Below are positions 13,685 through 26,789 of a stretch of DNA of 64,000 nt, piece by piece; within the stretch, counting starts at the first letter, position 1, and every line of letters starts with the position of its first letter. The DNA comes from Octopus sinensis (lineage: Eukaryota). Below the pieces are notes generated by a model. The model worked only from the letters and a program-made list of their open reading frames with translations. It was not told where the DNA came from and ran no database searches. The stretch spans positions 25,916,001-25,980,000 of the forward strand of contig NC_043003.1 in assembly GCF_006345805.1 (NCBI RefSeq), in the 5' to 3' direction. The position numbers and the translations under genes are program-made.

Positions 13685-14894
13685 TATACATACACATATT
13701 GTAAACAAACTCGTAAGCACTGAGTGACTCAGTATTCTACAGAAAACAAAGGAATTCTCAAATGCAGGATAGCTGTGAAGACAGCTTAAAAAATCGGGTA
13801 AAGTGGCCAGTAAGCCTCCACAGGGAATCAAGCCCTGCACCGCTCAAATTCTGGCTTTTAATGGGTATTTACCCAATTTTTTTTGCTGTCTACATTTAAG
13901 AATTCCTTTATTTTCTGTACAATTTACATACATACTATTTATGTCACTATAAAAAGGAACCATATTATGAGTGTGTATTTTATTAATGTCTATTGTGGTG
14001 TGTGTGTGTGTGATGGAGGGGGCACTGCCACTTTCTCACCCCACCACCATATACATGTGATTGTATGTATACACCAAAATACATACTAATACACTCACAT
14101 GCTCCATTTCATACCCTCTGTTTCTCTTGTTTGTGACAGTTCACAGAACACTGGATCTACATATTTACAAACATATATAGCTCTGGGTTTCCTGCCTTTC
14201 ATCAGTGCAACCCATTTTCACATATCTGTAATCAAGGGTGAACCCTTTCATATATTTATCATTATCATCATCATCAGTTTTTCCATGCTGGTATGGGTAG
14301 GATGGTTTGACAGGAACTGGCTTTATACATATAAAATAATTTTCCTAAAAATATAAGTAATGTTGGGTTCAGATTTTGGCACAAGGCCAGCAATTTGGGT
14401 GGGGGAGTGGGTAAATCAATTTCATTATTCTCAGTACTTGATTGTTATTTATTTAATTGACCCTGAAAGGATGAAAGGCAAAGTCCACCTTGGCAGAATA
14501 TGAACTTGGCATACTCAGCATTTTGCCCAGTGTTGCTAACAATTATGCCAGCTCTCTACCTTAAAAATATAATATTTGATACATTTAAAGTGGCAAGCTG
14601 GCAGAATCATTAGCACACTGGGCAATAATGCTTAGCGGTATTTAATCTGTCTTTATGTTCAGTGTTCAAATTCTACCAAGATCAACTTTGTGCTTTGTCC
14701 TTTTGGGGTTGATAAAATAAGTACCAGTTGAACACTGGGGGCGATGTAATCAACTTACCCCCTCCCCTGAAATTGCTGGCCTTGTGCCAAAATTTGAAGC
14801 CAATATTTGGTGCATTTCTCAGGGAAATATTCCGCCTCAGCTTTTATTTCCAGGATATGCTGTGCAGTGGCCCTAATGCCTGTGGCATACTGTA

Positions 14895-15107
14895 CAAGGG
14901 GGTGCTGAAAAGTTTGTTTTAAGGGTATCATGAAAAGCCTGGCTGGAGGCCCAAACTTCCAAGTTCTTTTACAGGACTTAGAAAAACTAAAGGACTGCTG
15001 CAATAAGTGTGTGAATCTGAGAGAGGAATGTTAAATAAAATCATAATTAACTGATCCCCCCTGTATTTTCCTTTATCTAAAGCTAGGAACTTTTCAACAC
15101 CCCCTTG
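14895..15107. mobile_element. Internally deleted mariner (MITE)
   Basis: TA target duplication. TIR CAAGGGGGTGCTGAAAAGTT / AACTTTTCAACACCCCCTTG. Confidence 0.8.
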
Positions 15108-15433
15108 TATAACATATTCATGAACATTTTACGATCCATCAGGTATTCTAAAAGTAAGTCTTTGTCTTTGCAGTGACCTTTTCAAGATTATTCTGCAACT
15201 CATTTCGGGTTGTAAAACTGGTTACAAGCTCAACCTCCACTATTATAGACAGAAATGTATGTAGGGCTGTGTATGTATATATATATATGCGCATGTGACT
15301 TTTCTGTAATGAGTTTCTGTGGGGAATTTTTTCCACTTAGTATATGCATATGTGATTTGTATTATCCTTTTTCTTTTTAACCTTCTGGTTTATGTTTGTG
15401 ATGACTTTGTGTGTATATACATGTGTGTGTATG

Positions 15434-15474
<41 letters not shown>

Positions 15475-16491
15475 ACACACACCTACACATACACATAGGA
15501 GTTAAATTTCTTGTGTAGTATATGAGTGTGTGTATGTGTCCTTACCTGTCCAGCTTATTTTATTGTTTATGTTACCTCACAGGTAATGGATTAGTGATGT
15601 TCATTGTTTACCCCCTCCTTCCAATCCCCTCTTTCATCCTCCGCCTTTCTCTCCCTCAGACACACACACACTCATTAGTTACCGTTTACTTCAAACATTA
15701 CCATTATTACCACCATTGCTTCAGCTATTGCCGGCAGTGTTGTGTACATAACACTAAATATTTACTCCTCCTCCTTCTCCCCTTCCTCATCTTCTCCCTG
15801 CTCTTAATCTCTTCTTGCTTTCTCCCTCCATCCCTCCCTCCCTCACCACCATCACACTATTATCATCCACCTCTTTATTGACTTGGAATTTTCTTGAAAG
15901 TACTTGCTTTCCAATCAAAATAACTGGTCAGGAACAAGTCTGAACTTGGAGATGATACCAGCAACAGCAACAATTCATAACCATCATCATCGTCATTGTT
16001 TTAACATCTACTTTTCTGTGCTTGCATGGGTTAGATGGAATTCATTGGAGCAGATTTTCCATGGCAAGATGCCCTTCCTGTTACCAACCATCACCTGCAT
16101 CCAAGCAAAGCAATATTTCCCCACAGCCAGACATTTTCTAAACATTGTAAGACAGTGATGCTTATTTTAAAACTATCGCACAATATCAAGACATAGAGAC
16201 ACAAGCACACATGAATGCACACAAACACACACACAAATATATACATACATGTGCATATATATATATAAGAAAATTTAGAAAATGGAGATGTAGCATTAAT
16301 ATAATTTATTATCTGCAAAAATCCGACATATTCTCTTACAGCTGTTTGAATTTAGCCTAAAAGATTAAATTACAATAATCAAATCATTGTATTAGGCAAA
16401 ATCTCATTAGAGGGGTAGAAAAGATATACTGTTAGGTTATTCAGTATTGTTTTGAAATCATCTCAGTAAACTATATATATATATAGTTCAC

Positions 16492-16526
<35 letters not shown>

Positions 16527-17034
16527 ATATATATATGTGTGTGTGTGTGTGTATATATATGTGTGTGTATATATATATATTCTGAATTTTTATGCTTTCC
16601 ACGCATCTTCAATTGAATCTCCTGTGAGTCTATATGGTATCCCCTGATGACAGTATAAACTAATCTTGAGTAAGGTATCTTTGGCCCAACGAGTAGCTAG
16701 TGGATTACCCCTTGTTTGGATAATTACTACTTCCGAGGTTTTGCTAGCTATGAAACATGTAGTCTGGATTTTATCTATTCCATTCCCTAATTTTGGATTT
16801 CTGTTCGCATACACTGCAACCCCTGCTGCTAACCATGAACTATAAAACAATTTTTTTCAGCTTATCAAACTTCAATATAGGAAAAATTTACAACCTTCTA
16901 CATCAATAAACCACTATTGTTCCTGAAAGTTGTTTTTTATATTTTAATATCTTCCTACACCTTGATCCTTGGGTCTTACCTTTACATATTACTGTTGGTC
17001 TTGTACCTAAATCAGAAATTATTATTATTATTAA

Positions 17035-17865
17035 GGTGGTGAGCTGGCTGAATCATTAGCGTGCTGGGCAAAATGCTTAGCAGTATTTTGTCTGCTGCTA
17101 TGTTCCGCGTTCAAATTTCACGAAGGTTGACTTTGCCTTTCATCCTTTCGGGGTTGATGGATTAAGTACCAGTTGAGTACTGAGGTCAATGTAATTGACT
17201 ATCTCCCTTCCCCCAATTTCAAGCCTTGTGTCTATAGTAGAAAGGATTATTATTATTATTAATAATACTCGTTAGCATACTGGGCTAAATGCTTAGTGGT
17301 ATTTTGCCTGTCACTACATTATGAGTTCAAATTCCACCGAGGTCGACTTTACCTTTCATCCTTTCAGAGTCAATAAATTAAGTACCAGCTGAACACTGGG
17401 GTCGATGTAATTGACACATCTCCTCCCCCAAAATGGCTGCCCTTGTGGCAAAATTTGAAATCATTATTTTTATTATTATTGTACAAGTATTGGCTGTACA
17501 TATTCCAAAACTGGAATGATACATAGAAGGTTAGCATGGCTCCTGCACAAAGATGACACACAAATTCATGAAGCATTCCATATTTCTATGAGTTCAAATC
17601 TCACCGAGGTCAACTTTGCCTTTCATCCTTTCAGGGTCAATAAAATAAGAACCAGTTGAGTACTGGGGTTGATGTAATCAACTTACTCCCTCTCCAGGTA
17701 TTGCTGGCTTTGTGCCAAAATTTGAAACCATTATTGCTAGAATGGTTAGTATGCCAGGCAAGTACTTAGCAGTATTTTGTCCGTCTTTATGTTCTGTTGA
17801 ACACTGGGGTCAATGAAATCAACACATCCCCACCTCCCCCTAGCTGTCCTTGTGGCAAAAATTTG
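17035..17865 (+). repeat. Head-to-tail cluster of family A SINEs enclosing the U6 retrocopy
   Basis: Four same-strand copies or part-copies separated by (ATT)n tails. Confidence 0.8.
17481..17587 (+). pseudogene. U6: U6 snRNA retrocopy, near full length
   Basis: ggctgtacatattccaaaactggaatgatacatagaaggttagcatggctcctgcacaaagatgacacacaaattcatgaagcattccatatttct aligns with canonical U6. ACAGAGA box mutated to ACATAGA. CpGs decayed to TG/CA. The upstream flank is a SINE tail rather than a U6 promoter. Confidence 0.92.
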
Positions 17866-17868
17866 AAA

Positions 17869-18259
17869 TCTATATATATAAAGCTGAAGTTGTCTGTGTA
17901 TGGCAGGTTTGGTAGCCTTCAACTAACACTATCTCCTCAGAGACCTTGCGGCACAAGTTGACCAAAATTGAGAGTATGATAGAAGAAGGCTTGCTCTTCC
18001 TTCTGTAGAAGAAAAAATTCAAATCAGACCATGTTAAAACCAAAAATTATTTACATCAAAAAGGTGCTTTTTTTTCTATGAGAATCCCTATTTTTTACAA
18101 TTTTTTTACTGCTGTGTTGCCATTTTTCTGTGTATTTCAACCAGAAAAATGTTCACTTAAAGAGAATAACAAGCTACATAATGCAAAATTTTTACTTTTC
18201 AAAAGTTCCAATTCTAAAGGGTCAAAACAAATCCGAGCAATGCTGGGCAATACTGCTAG
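17869..18259 (+). mobile_element. Short non-autonomous Helitron
   Basis: A|TC start, subterminal ccgagcaatgctggg hairpin, CTAG|T end. Confidence 0.8.
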
Positions 18260-20038
18260 TTATTATTATTATTAAAAGGGCAGCGAGCTAGCAGAATCAG
18301 TAGCATGTCAGGCAAAATGCTTAGCAGAATTTCATCTGTCTTTACTTTCAGAGTTCAAATTCCGTCGAGGTCAACTTTGCCTTTCATCCTTTCAGGATTG
18401 ATAAATTAAGTACCAGTCAAGTACTGGGGTCAATGTTATCGACTCATCCCCTCCCCCAAAATTTCAGGTCTTGTTCCTATAGTAGAAAGGATTTGTAACA
18501 AGAGGAAGATTAGAAAGACACTACCACATTGGCTAGGATTGTGTGTATGTAAGGTTTCAGATATAAGTGTTTACATGGATGTAAAGTTAAATATCAGAAG
18601 ACAATGTTTTTTTATGTGAATGAACATGACAATTTATTCTATGGTCACACATAAAGTAGTAGGTACATCAGTGGTAAGTATGTCAACACTATTTTGTTGT
18701 GGTGGCATAGCACATTTGTGCTACGTCCAAAACATTCAATCACTGTTGGCTGTGGAAGGATACACATGACCCAGTGGTGAAGCGCAAGTTTTGAAAGGCA
18801 ATAATCAGTTCCTGAGAAGGCACCGAGATGTAAACACATCAGTTGTTCGTCCAGATGACAAAACATTGCTGAATTAATCCTGATCAGAAAGCAGCATTCA
18901 TACAACCATGGGACTTCTACCGCGCCTCACAACCACTACAAAACTCATTAGCTATTTTAGATTTGCACTTATACATTAATTTCACAAGCAAGCTGTTCCA
19001 TTGATCGAATCAATTGGAACCTTTGTTACTGTAACCGACAGAATACCATTTTTTTTTTGTTTTTGTTTTCTGAATCTGTGCTGCTGTTACTCATACAAAT
19101 AAAGGCCACCAACATGACTAGTAATGAACAACTCACTCAAACTACATATGAAAAAAAAGGGAAAAGGAGTTAGAGGTGGAGTAATAGGATGGGGTGAGGG
19201 CAATGGCTATAACCAGTGTAGTCCTTTATACACTGGTGAGACTGATGTGGCCTATATCTAGCCTGAATGGAAACCTGTAGGTCAATATCCAATGTGGATT
19301 TCCTGGCTCAGTAATAAAGTATGTACTAATCAAGTACATTATTATTGGCTATATTGTTTAATGCTCTCAGTTCAGATCCTGCCCCACATTCACCTTGCTT
19401 TTAATCTTTCTTGGGTCAATAAAATATACCACCTGTGGCATACAGGTAAATACTGGATCAGTATGATCAACAATACTGCCTGGGTGCTAGCATGGCTCAG
19501 GCTGACTGATATTTTGTGAGTAGGCTTGCTAAATAGAAAATGTGAAAACTCTGTTGTGTGGGTGTATGCATCATCATCATCATCTTCGTCATCGTTGTTT
19601 AATGTCTGCTTTCTATGCTGATGGTTTGTCTGAGGGCTGGCAAGCCAGAAGGCTGCACCAGTCTCCAATCTGACCTGGCAATGTTTCTACACCTGGATGC
19701 CCTTCCTAACGCCAACCGCTCCAAGAGTATAGTGGGTGCGTTTTACGTGCCATCGGCACAAAAGCCAGTCAGATGGTACTGGCATTGGCCATGCTTGAAT
19801 GGTGCTTTTTATGTGCCACTGGCATGGGAGTCAGTCAGGTGGAACTGGCAACAACCATGTTCAAATGGTGCTTTTTACATGTCATCAGAACGGGACCAGT
19901 CGGCAGGCACTGGCATCAACCAGGCTTAAATGGTGTTTTTTACGTGCCACTGGCATGGGAGCCAGTCAGGCAGTAATGGCAATGATCATGCTTGAATGGT
20001 GCTTTTTACATGCCACCGGCACAACAACTTCACTTGCC

Positions 20039-20330
20039 TCAACAGGTCTTCGCAAATGCAGGTTTCCTGAAGTTAGTATTACAGATCATAAGATCATTTG
20101 CATCACAGAACTCCATCAGCCTGGTTTCCTCCTCATTGTGGGAGCCAAATCCGTAGCCATCATGTACACCATGGAAGCTTACTAGATGTTGTCCAACATG
20201 CCAATTGAAGTCACCAGCTACAAAGAGAAGGACCGTGTCATTTGTCGACAAGCTAGTTTGCAAGCGGGTGTCATAAAAACAGACTTTCTTTTAATCAGTT
20301 AGCGTTGGTTGAGGGACATAAGCCGAGATA
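20039..20330 (-). mobile_element. RTE-clade LINE, APE endonuclease fragment
   Basis: VAGDFNWHVG...YGFGSHNEE..RLMEFCDANDLMICNTNF. Confidence 0.85.
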
Positions 20331-21189
20331 ATGGTTGCTAAACCATGTTGCAGCGCTAGTCTGAAAAATTATCATCATTTTGATGTCCATTTTTCCATGC
20401 TTGTATGAATCAGACAATTTGTTGAAACAGATTTTTTACAGCCAGATGCTCTTCCTGTCACCAACTCTTACTTGTTTCCAAAAGAGGTAACATTTCCCCA
20501 AGGCCAGACATGTTTTTATGGAAGATTGGAAACAAATGATACCACTTGTATGATGGCGACACTCAATGTTACAGAAAGACAGTAACACACACACACGAAG
20601 GGCTTCTTTCAGTTTCTGTCTACCAGATCCACTCCCAAGGCTTTGGTCAGCCTGTGTCTATAGTAGAAGACACTTGACCAAGGTGTTACACAGTGGAACT
20701 GAACCTGACACTCTGCATGCATAAGAATAGCACTCCATGTGTTTGCTTTAATACTGTTATTGCAAAATTGGTGTGTTTGCATTCTCCAGTAAGCAAAAGT
20801 CCTACACTTTCAGCTTTCAACATGTGTTGGCCAGTGGAATTAAAAAAGAAAAAAAGAATACCCAATCTTTCTTGAAAATTAGATAAGTGTTTGCAACTGG
20901 AAGAGAATCCAACTATAGAAAATCTGCCTCAACAAGTTTCATCTAACTCAGTGGTTCTCAACCAAACCCTTGAGGTTCCATATAAAATATTGTTGTTAAA
21001 ATTGATGTGCAATAAATTGGTTCTGCTTCTACATTACACAACATATTTTAACAATTGTTTTATACACTTCCTTATGATATTTCATATATGATACAATTTT
21101 TTAAACATTGAATGGTTTTAAGAGAGTCCGTCTGAGTAAAATAGGAGTTAAAAGGGTTCACAAGGAAGAAATGGTTGAGAAACACTGAT

Positions 21190-21540
21190 CTAACTAGTGA
21201 AGAATTCCAGGTAGGGGTATGTGTCCACCAAAGATCAGTCTTCAGCCCCCTCTTATTCATCATCGTCCTTTAAGCAATAATAGAGGAGTTCAAGACATGT
21301 TGCCCCTGGGAGCTCCTCTATGCTGATGACGTTGCTCTAATTGCTGAGTTTCAGGTGTGGAAGCAAGGTCTAGAATCAAAGGGCCTTAGAGTCAATCTAG
21401 CAAAAACCAAAGTCTTAGTATGTAGTAAGGCAGACAAACTACAAATCTCTTCAGGTAAATGGTCCTACTCAATCTGTAGGAAAGATGTATGCAAAAACTT
21501 CATAAGATGTACTTGGTGTAAGCTATGGACACACTGATGT
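21190..21540 (+). mobile_element. RTE-clade LINE, reverse transcriptase fragment
   Basis: LLYADDVALIAE and WKQGLESKGLRVNLAKTKV. Confidence 0.85.
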
Positions 21541-23305
21541 AACTCATGCCAACATGGAAAAATGGGTAAAGCTGGACAAACTGCTTATTCCCATACACCT
21601 TAAGGTGATGTTGTGCTTGTGTTTGAAATCATTTTAACTAATGATATAATTATGATTATGCAGTTGGTGGTTGGCAGAACTGGTTGACCATTGACAAAAT
21701 ACTTTGTGGTATTACTTCCCTTTACATTCTGAGTTGAAATCCTGCTTAGGTTAACTTTGTTTATCTTCCTTTTGAAAAAGATTGCGTAAATACCAGTTAA
21801 TAAAATAAGCAAGCTCTATGAGAAAGACAAGTATCCATGGTCTTTTCAGGCCTTCCAAGTCTGGTAAATTTGATACTATTAATGTTCCTGTTGACATTGC
21901 AGCTCAACCGCTGCAAGAAAGACATATGCAAGAAGGGTCCATGTTCTGTGGAGGAGGGATTGGCTGTAGGGGTTAGTAGAAGGCCTGTTGGGCATAATAT
22001 GAGTGATTAGGGGAAGAGAGATGAATGAGTTGAGAGTGTCTGAGTGAAGGTTATATTGTATGAGACTAGTTCACTCAGATGTGCAGGAGCCAGTAGTAGT
22101 AGAAAAGGCCAAGAGAAGAGCTGGGATGTCTATAGGTCAGTGGGTAGAATGTGTCCACGAAAGGCAATGCTCTAGCATGGCCACTGTTCAGTGACTGAAA
22201 CCAGTAAAAGAATAGTAAAAAATAGGAGAATGTGTTGCCATACTTAGGCTTAGGTCTGATATCGGCTATAGGACTCACAAAGCTGGAGGTTAACCCAATT
22301 TATACAGTGTATAAGTGATTACAACATTCCCCTCTGGATGGGACGCTGATCCATCACCAGGTTAACTTCCGAACTGTTGCTGGCATCCATTTACTACTGA
22401 GTGGACAGGAGCAACAGAAAAAAAAAAGTGTTTTGCTCAAGAACACAATACACCACCTGGTCCAGGAATTGAAACCACAATCTTACGGTTGTTAGTGCAA
22501 CACCCTAATCACTAGGCCATGTACCTTGCTCATCAAGTCTAAGCTATTGTATGGTGGCTGGCTTGTCCAAAAAAATTGACCAACTGATGCTTCTTTTTTG
22601 AATACTAAATTATTTTGTCAGGCTGCAGAAACAGAACAGAAAAGAAATGCCTTTTTAGCATGTTCCCCCCCATCCTCTTTTATATTTCCTTCACTCTTCT
22701 TGTTCACAACATAATGATTGAATTTCTCTGTCCTTCAAGAAACAATGAAAATATATTTAAGTTGAAATTCTAACCTGTTATTGGAATCACCATTGTAAAG
22801 ACCTCACAGAAAGGCAACAACTATTTAAAATCGCTGTTGGTATACAGTTGGCATGTATGAGATTATTAAATATATCCTTTCTCTCCTGCCCACTCTTCCA
22901 CACACACACACACACACACACAGTCTCTATTCACCATTTCAACAATTATCTCTTTCCCTCCACTCTCTCTCTCTCCCAAACAACAGGTGATATGGGTGGG
23001 TAAGGGCTGGAATGAAGAATGTCTTTTTTTTTTCTCTTTTTTCCAAAAGCAGTTGTTTTGTTGAGACAGCTGACAGCTCTCACTTGCGATATTTTCTTCA
23101 TATTATTCCAGTTGCAAGAAAAGAAAAGAAGAAATAACTGGTTGAGAAGATTACTTCCCGACCATATGGTCTTGGGTTCAAACCCACTGCATGGCACTTT
23201 GGGCAAATGTCTTCCACTATAGCCCCAGGCTAACCAAAGCATTGCGAATGGATTTGGTAGATGGAAACATATACACATACATATACAAACATATATATTT
23301 GTGTC

Positions 23306-23324
<19 letters not shown>

Positions 23325-23363
<39 letters not shown>

Positions 23364-24099
23364 AGTATATATATGTGTGTGTGAGTATATATATGTGTGT
23401 GTGTGTGATATATATGTGTGTGTGAGTATATATGTGTGTGAGTATATATATGTGTGTGTGTGAGTATATATATGTGTGTGTGTGTGAGTATATATATGTG
23501 TGTGTGAGTATATATATGTGTGTGTGTGTGTGATATATATATGTGTGTGTGTGTGTGTGTGAGTATATATATGTGTGTGTGTGTGTGTGAGTATATGTGT
23601 GTGTGAGTATATATATGTGTGTGTGTGTGTGTGAGTATATGTGTGTGTGTGTGTGTGAGTATATATATGTGGTGTGTGTGTGTGAGTATATATAGTGTGT
23701 GTGTGTGTGATATATATATGTGTGTGTGTGTGTGTGTGAGTATATATGTGTGTGTGTGTGTGTGTGAGTATATATATGTGTGTGTGTGTGTGTGTGAGTA
23801 TATATATGTGTGTGTGTGTGTGAGTATATATATGTGTGTGTGTGTGAGTATATATATGTGTGTGTGTGTGTGTGAGTATATATATGTGTGTGTGTGTGTG
23901 AGAGTATATATATGTGTGTGTGTGTGTGTGTGAGTATATAGATATGTGTGTGTGTGTGAGTATATAGATATGTGTGTGTGTGTGTGAGTATATAGATATG
24001 TGTGTGTGTGTGTGAGTATATAGATATGTGTGTGTGTGTGAGTATATAGATATGTGTGTGTGTGTGAGTGTATATATATTGTGAGTATGTGTAAGTATA

Positions 24100-24138
<39 letters not shown>

Positions 24139-24140
24139 TT
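23325..24140. repeat. Higher-order compound microsatellite, unit ~GAG(TA)3-5(TG)n
   Basis: About 30 units, nested inside a family B SINE. Confidence 0.95.
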
Positions 24141-24449
24141 ATGTGTGTGTCTTTGTGTTGTTTGTCCCACACCACTGCTTGACAAGTGGTGTTGGTTGGC
24201 TTACATCCCTAGAAATTGATAGAATAAGTACCAAACTTTAAAAAAAGGTATGTACTTGGGTTGATTTGTTCACGTAAACCCTTCAAGGCAGTACCCCAGA
24301 ATGGCCACAGTCCAATGGCTGAATCAGATAAAAGATAATGAAAGGGAAGCTGAATTGACACAAAAAAATCCAAATACTCAGTATTCAGCAACAGGATTTT
24401 GGAATGCTAATAATAAGAAAATGAAAAGATGTTCTGTGTCCTTTAAAAC

Positions 24450-24662
24450 TTTAACATTTAGATCAATCTGTCAAATGCCAAGCTTATTCATTCACATTAT
24501 TTTGAATTAATCACACATTGTCTCGAAGCCTCGAGATTATGATGATGTGATTATTTTTAGAATGACATTGTAGGATTGGTGTGAGAGGCCAGATCTGACC
24601 AGTTTCAACATTAAATGAGTAGGATATCTGGGGTGGATATGGCTGGTTTGAATGCTAAGGTG
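24450..24662. mobile_element. piggyBac-type MITE family 2 (other copies ~5546-5760, ~25440-25648)
   Basis: Shared body (..gaatgacattgtagg..gagaggctggatctggccagttt..aatgctaaag) ending before TTAA. Termini are degenerate. Confidence 0.6.
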
Positions 24663-25094
24663 TTAATCAAAGTATCAACCCTCACAAATAATAATGGTTC
24701 TATATAAAAAAAAAAGTGGAAAAATATCCAAATATAAAGAAATAGTGCCGGCATGACTGCTTTTTACATAACACCAACACGTGACTATTACAGGCATATC
24801 TTCTTCACCAAGGTGAGTGGGGGCAGCCTAGACACTTCTGCTGTGGAAGATGGGTCTTCTTGAGTACAGTAAGGTACCAGGTATTTCAGTCCTTTGTCAT
24901 CTCATCCGAAAGGTTCAGCATCACGCATACAAATACATACATGCATACACTCATAGAGTTCCACACAGTTTTTACCTACCCAATTCATTCACAAAGCATT
25001 GGTCAGCCCAGCACTATAGTGGAAGACACTTGCCCAAGATGCCATGCAGTGAGACTATACCCAAAGCCATGTAGATCCACAGTTAGCTTCTTAA

Positions 25095-25315
25095 CCCTTT
25101 TGTTACCATATTTCTGTTGAGATGCTCTGTGTTTCTTTCAATTAATTCTAAATATAACAAAGAATTTAGTAAAATAACTTAGTTATCATTAAGCTAGTGT
25201 TAGGAATATAAATTGTGACTAAGGTTTGATGGAAGATTTTAATTCAAAACTTATGCAAACAAGGCATTTGTACTCAGTGCCAGAGCCGGTTTCAGCCGGG
25301 TTGGTAACGAAAGGG
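25095..25315. mobile_element. piggyBac-type MITE family 1
   Basis: TTAA flanks, CCC...GGG termini, body matches 2879-3100. Confidence 0.85.
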
Positions 25316-25680
25316 TTAATCACACGGCTTTGCCTGTGCTTTTATAATAAAATATATAAAGAAAAATCAACACATTGGCTCCTCCCAACACTATTTTACC
25401 TCTTCCCACCACCCTCATTACCTTTATGTTTGTCTGTTGTTGGTAACCCCTGTCAAATGTAGTGTTTATATATTCACGTTATTTTGAATTACACATGCAT
25501 TGTCCCATAGCTTTGAGACTTCAGTGATGTGATTATTTAGTTTTCAAATGATATTGTAGTATAGGTGTGAGAGGCTGGATCTGGCCAGTTTGAATATAGA
25601 ACAGGAAGAATATTTGGGCCGGATATAGCCAGTTCAAATGCTAAAAGGTTAATCAATGAAATTGTTTCCTTTTGTTTCAG

Positions 25681-25962
25681 TGCACCTGAGTTGACTGCCG
25701 AAACTGGGAGAATGTTTAAGTATGGCCAATTTGAAAACGAAGACGTTTCAGTCAGTGCGCCAGGCGGAGATCAAGCAGCAACATTGTCCATTGATATTCA
25801 AGACACACAGATCTCCACTTCCTCTTCCCTTCATGTCGGATTCAAAAATGGTAAAGATGAACTGAATATTAAATCGACTTCACAACCTTTGAATGCCTCA
25901 TCAACAAAGTTCATGCCTGATCCTGCTGGGTGCAAGGCAAGCACTCCAAAATCAACTTTAGA
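25681..25962 (+). CDS. VSP: VSP coding exon 1 (N-terminal cytoplasmic region [11 protein letters not shown]...STL; ATG at 25712)
   Basis: Acceptor ttcctttgtttcag, donor GA|gtaagt. Open frame in non-repetitive sequence. Phase 2 end fits the next exon. No homology anchor, so less certain than the later exons. Confidence 0.75.
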
Positions 25963-26755
25963 GTAAGTATACCAGTGCATTGATCTCTCTCTCTCTCCCT
26001 CTCTCTCTCTCTCTCTCACATCTTCTCTCTCTCCATGAAACATATCATCATCATCATCACTTTGATATCCACTTTGCCATGTTTGCATGGGTTAGACAGA
26101 GTTTATTGAGGCAGATTTTCCATGGCCAGATGCCCTTCCTGTTGCCAACCCTTATCTGTTTCCAAGCAAGGTAGTGTTTCCCCGTGGCCAGACATGTTTT
26201 TGCAGAATATTGGAAATGAATGACATTGCTTGTATGACAGTGACAGCCATTTACAACTATCACATAATGTGAAGACATTGAGACGCAGATTCACACACAC
26301 ACACGCGTGATGTGCTTCTTTCAGTTTCCATCTACCAAATCCACTCATAAGACTGCTTCTTTTCTTTTGATAGCATCAAAATCTCACTCAAATTACATTG
26401 TATCATCTTAAATAGGGAATGGGCACATCAGATAATGCAGTCTTAGATATACTGTGACTAAATAAAGATGGGATGGTTAAAGCAGGAATATCTTTGATTA
26501 TAAGTCTGCTGGATCAGAATTGACCTGGGATTAAACACCACCAGCACCACCACCATATATATACATATATAATGATGCCTCTGTAAGGTTACTTGATATG
26601 CTAAAAATATCTGTCAAATTTCGTTCAAATCACACCCTGCAGCCTTAGAAATAAAGAAGACATGTCATCTATGATATAATTTTAGATGATGATGATGATG
26701 AAGTAGTAGTAGTAGTAGTAGAAGAAGAAGAAGTAGTAGTAGAAGAAGAAGAAGA

Positions 26756-26789
<34 letters not shown>

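Noticed and set aside
14800-15240. Minus-strand coding-like sequence split by the mariner MITE
   Set aside because: The rejoined frames still contain stops and match nothing I recognise.
16590-16850. Protein-like minus-strand ORF
   Set aside because: No family motif or convincing splice sites. Needs a homology search.
17481-17587. Functional U6 gene
   Set aside because: The ACAGAGA box is mutated, CpGs have decayed, and the upstream sequence is a SINE tail.
19735-20040. CRISPR-like array
   Set aside because: Whole units are degenerate copies of each other with no unique spacers. The context is eukaryotic and no cas genes are present.
22946-24185. 409-aa and 322-aa His/Thr/Tyr/Ile-rich ORFs
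   Set aside because: These are translations of the (TA)/(TG) array, with no splice or codon evidence. The same applies to the many [12 protein letters not shown] ORFs.
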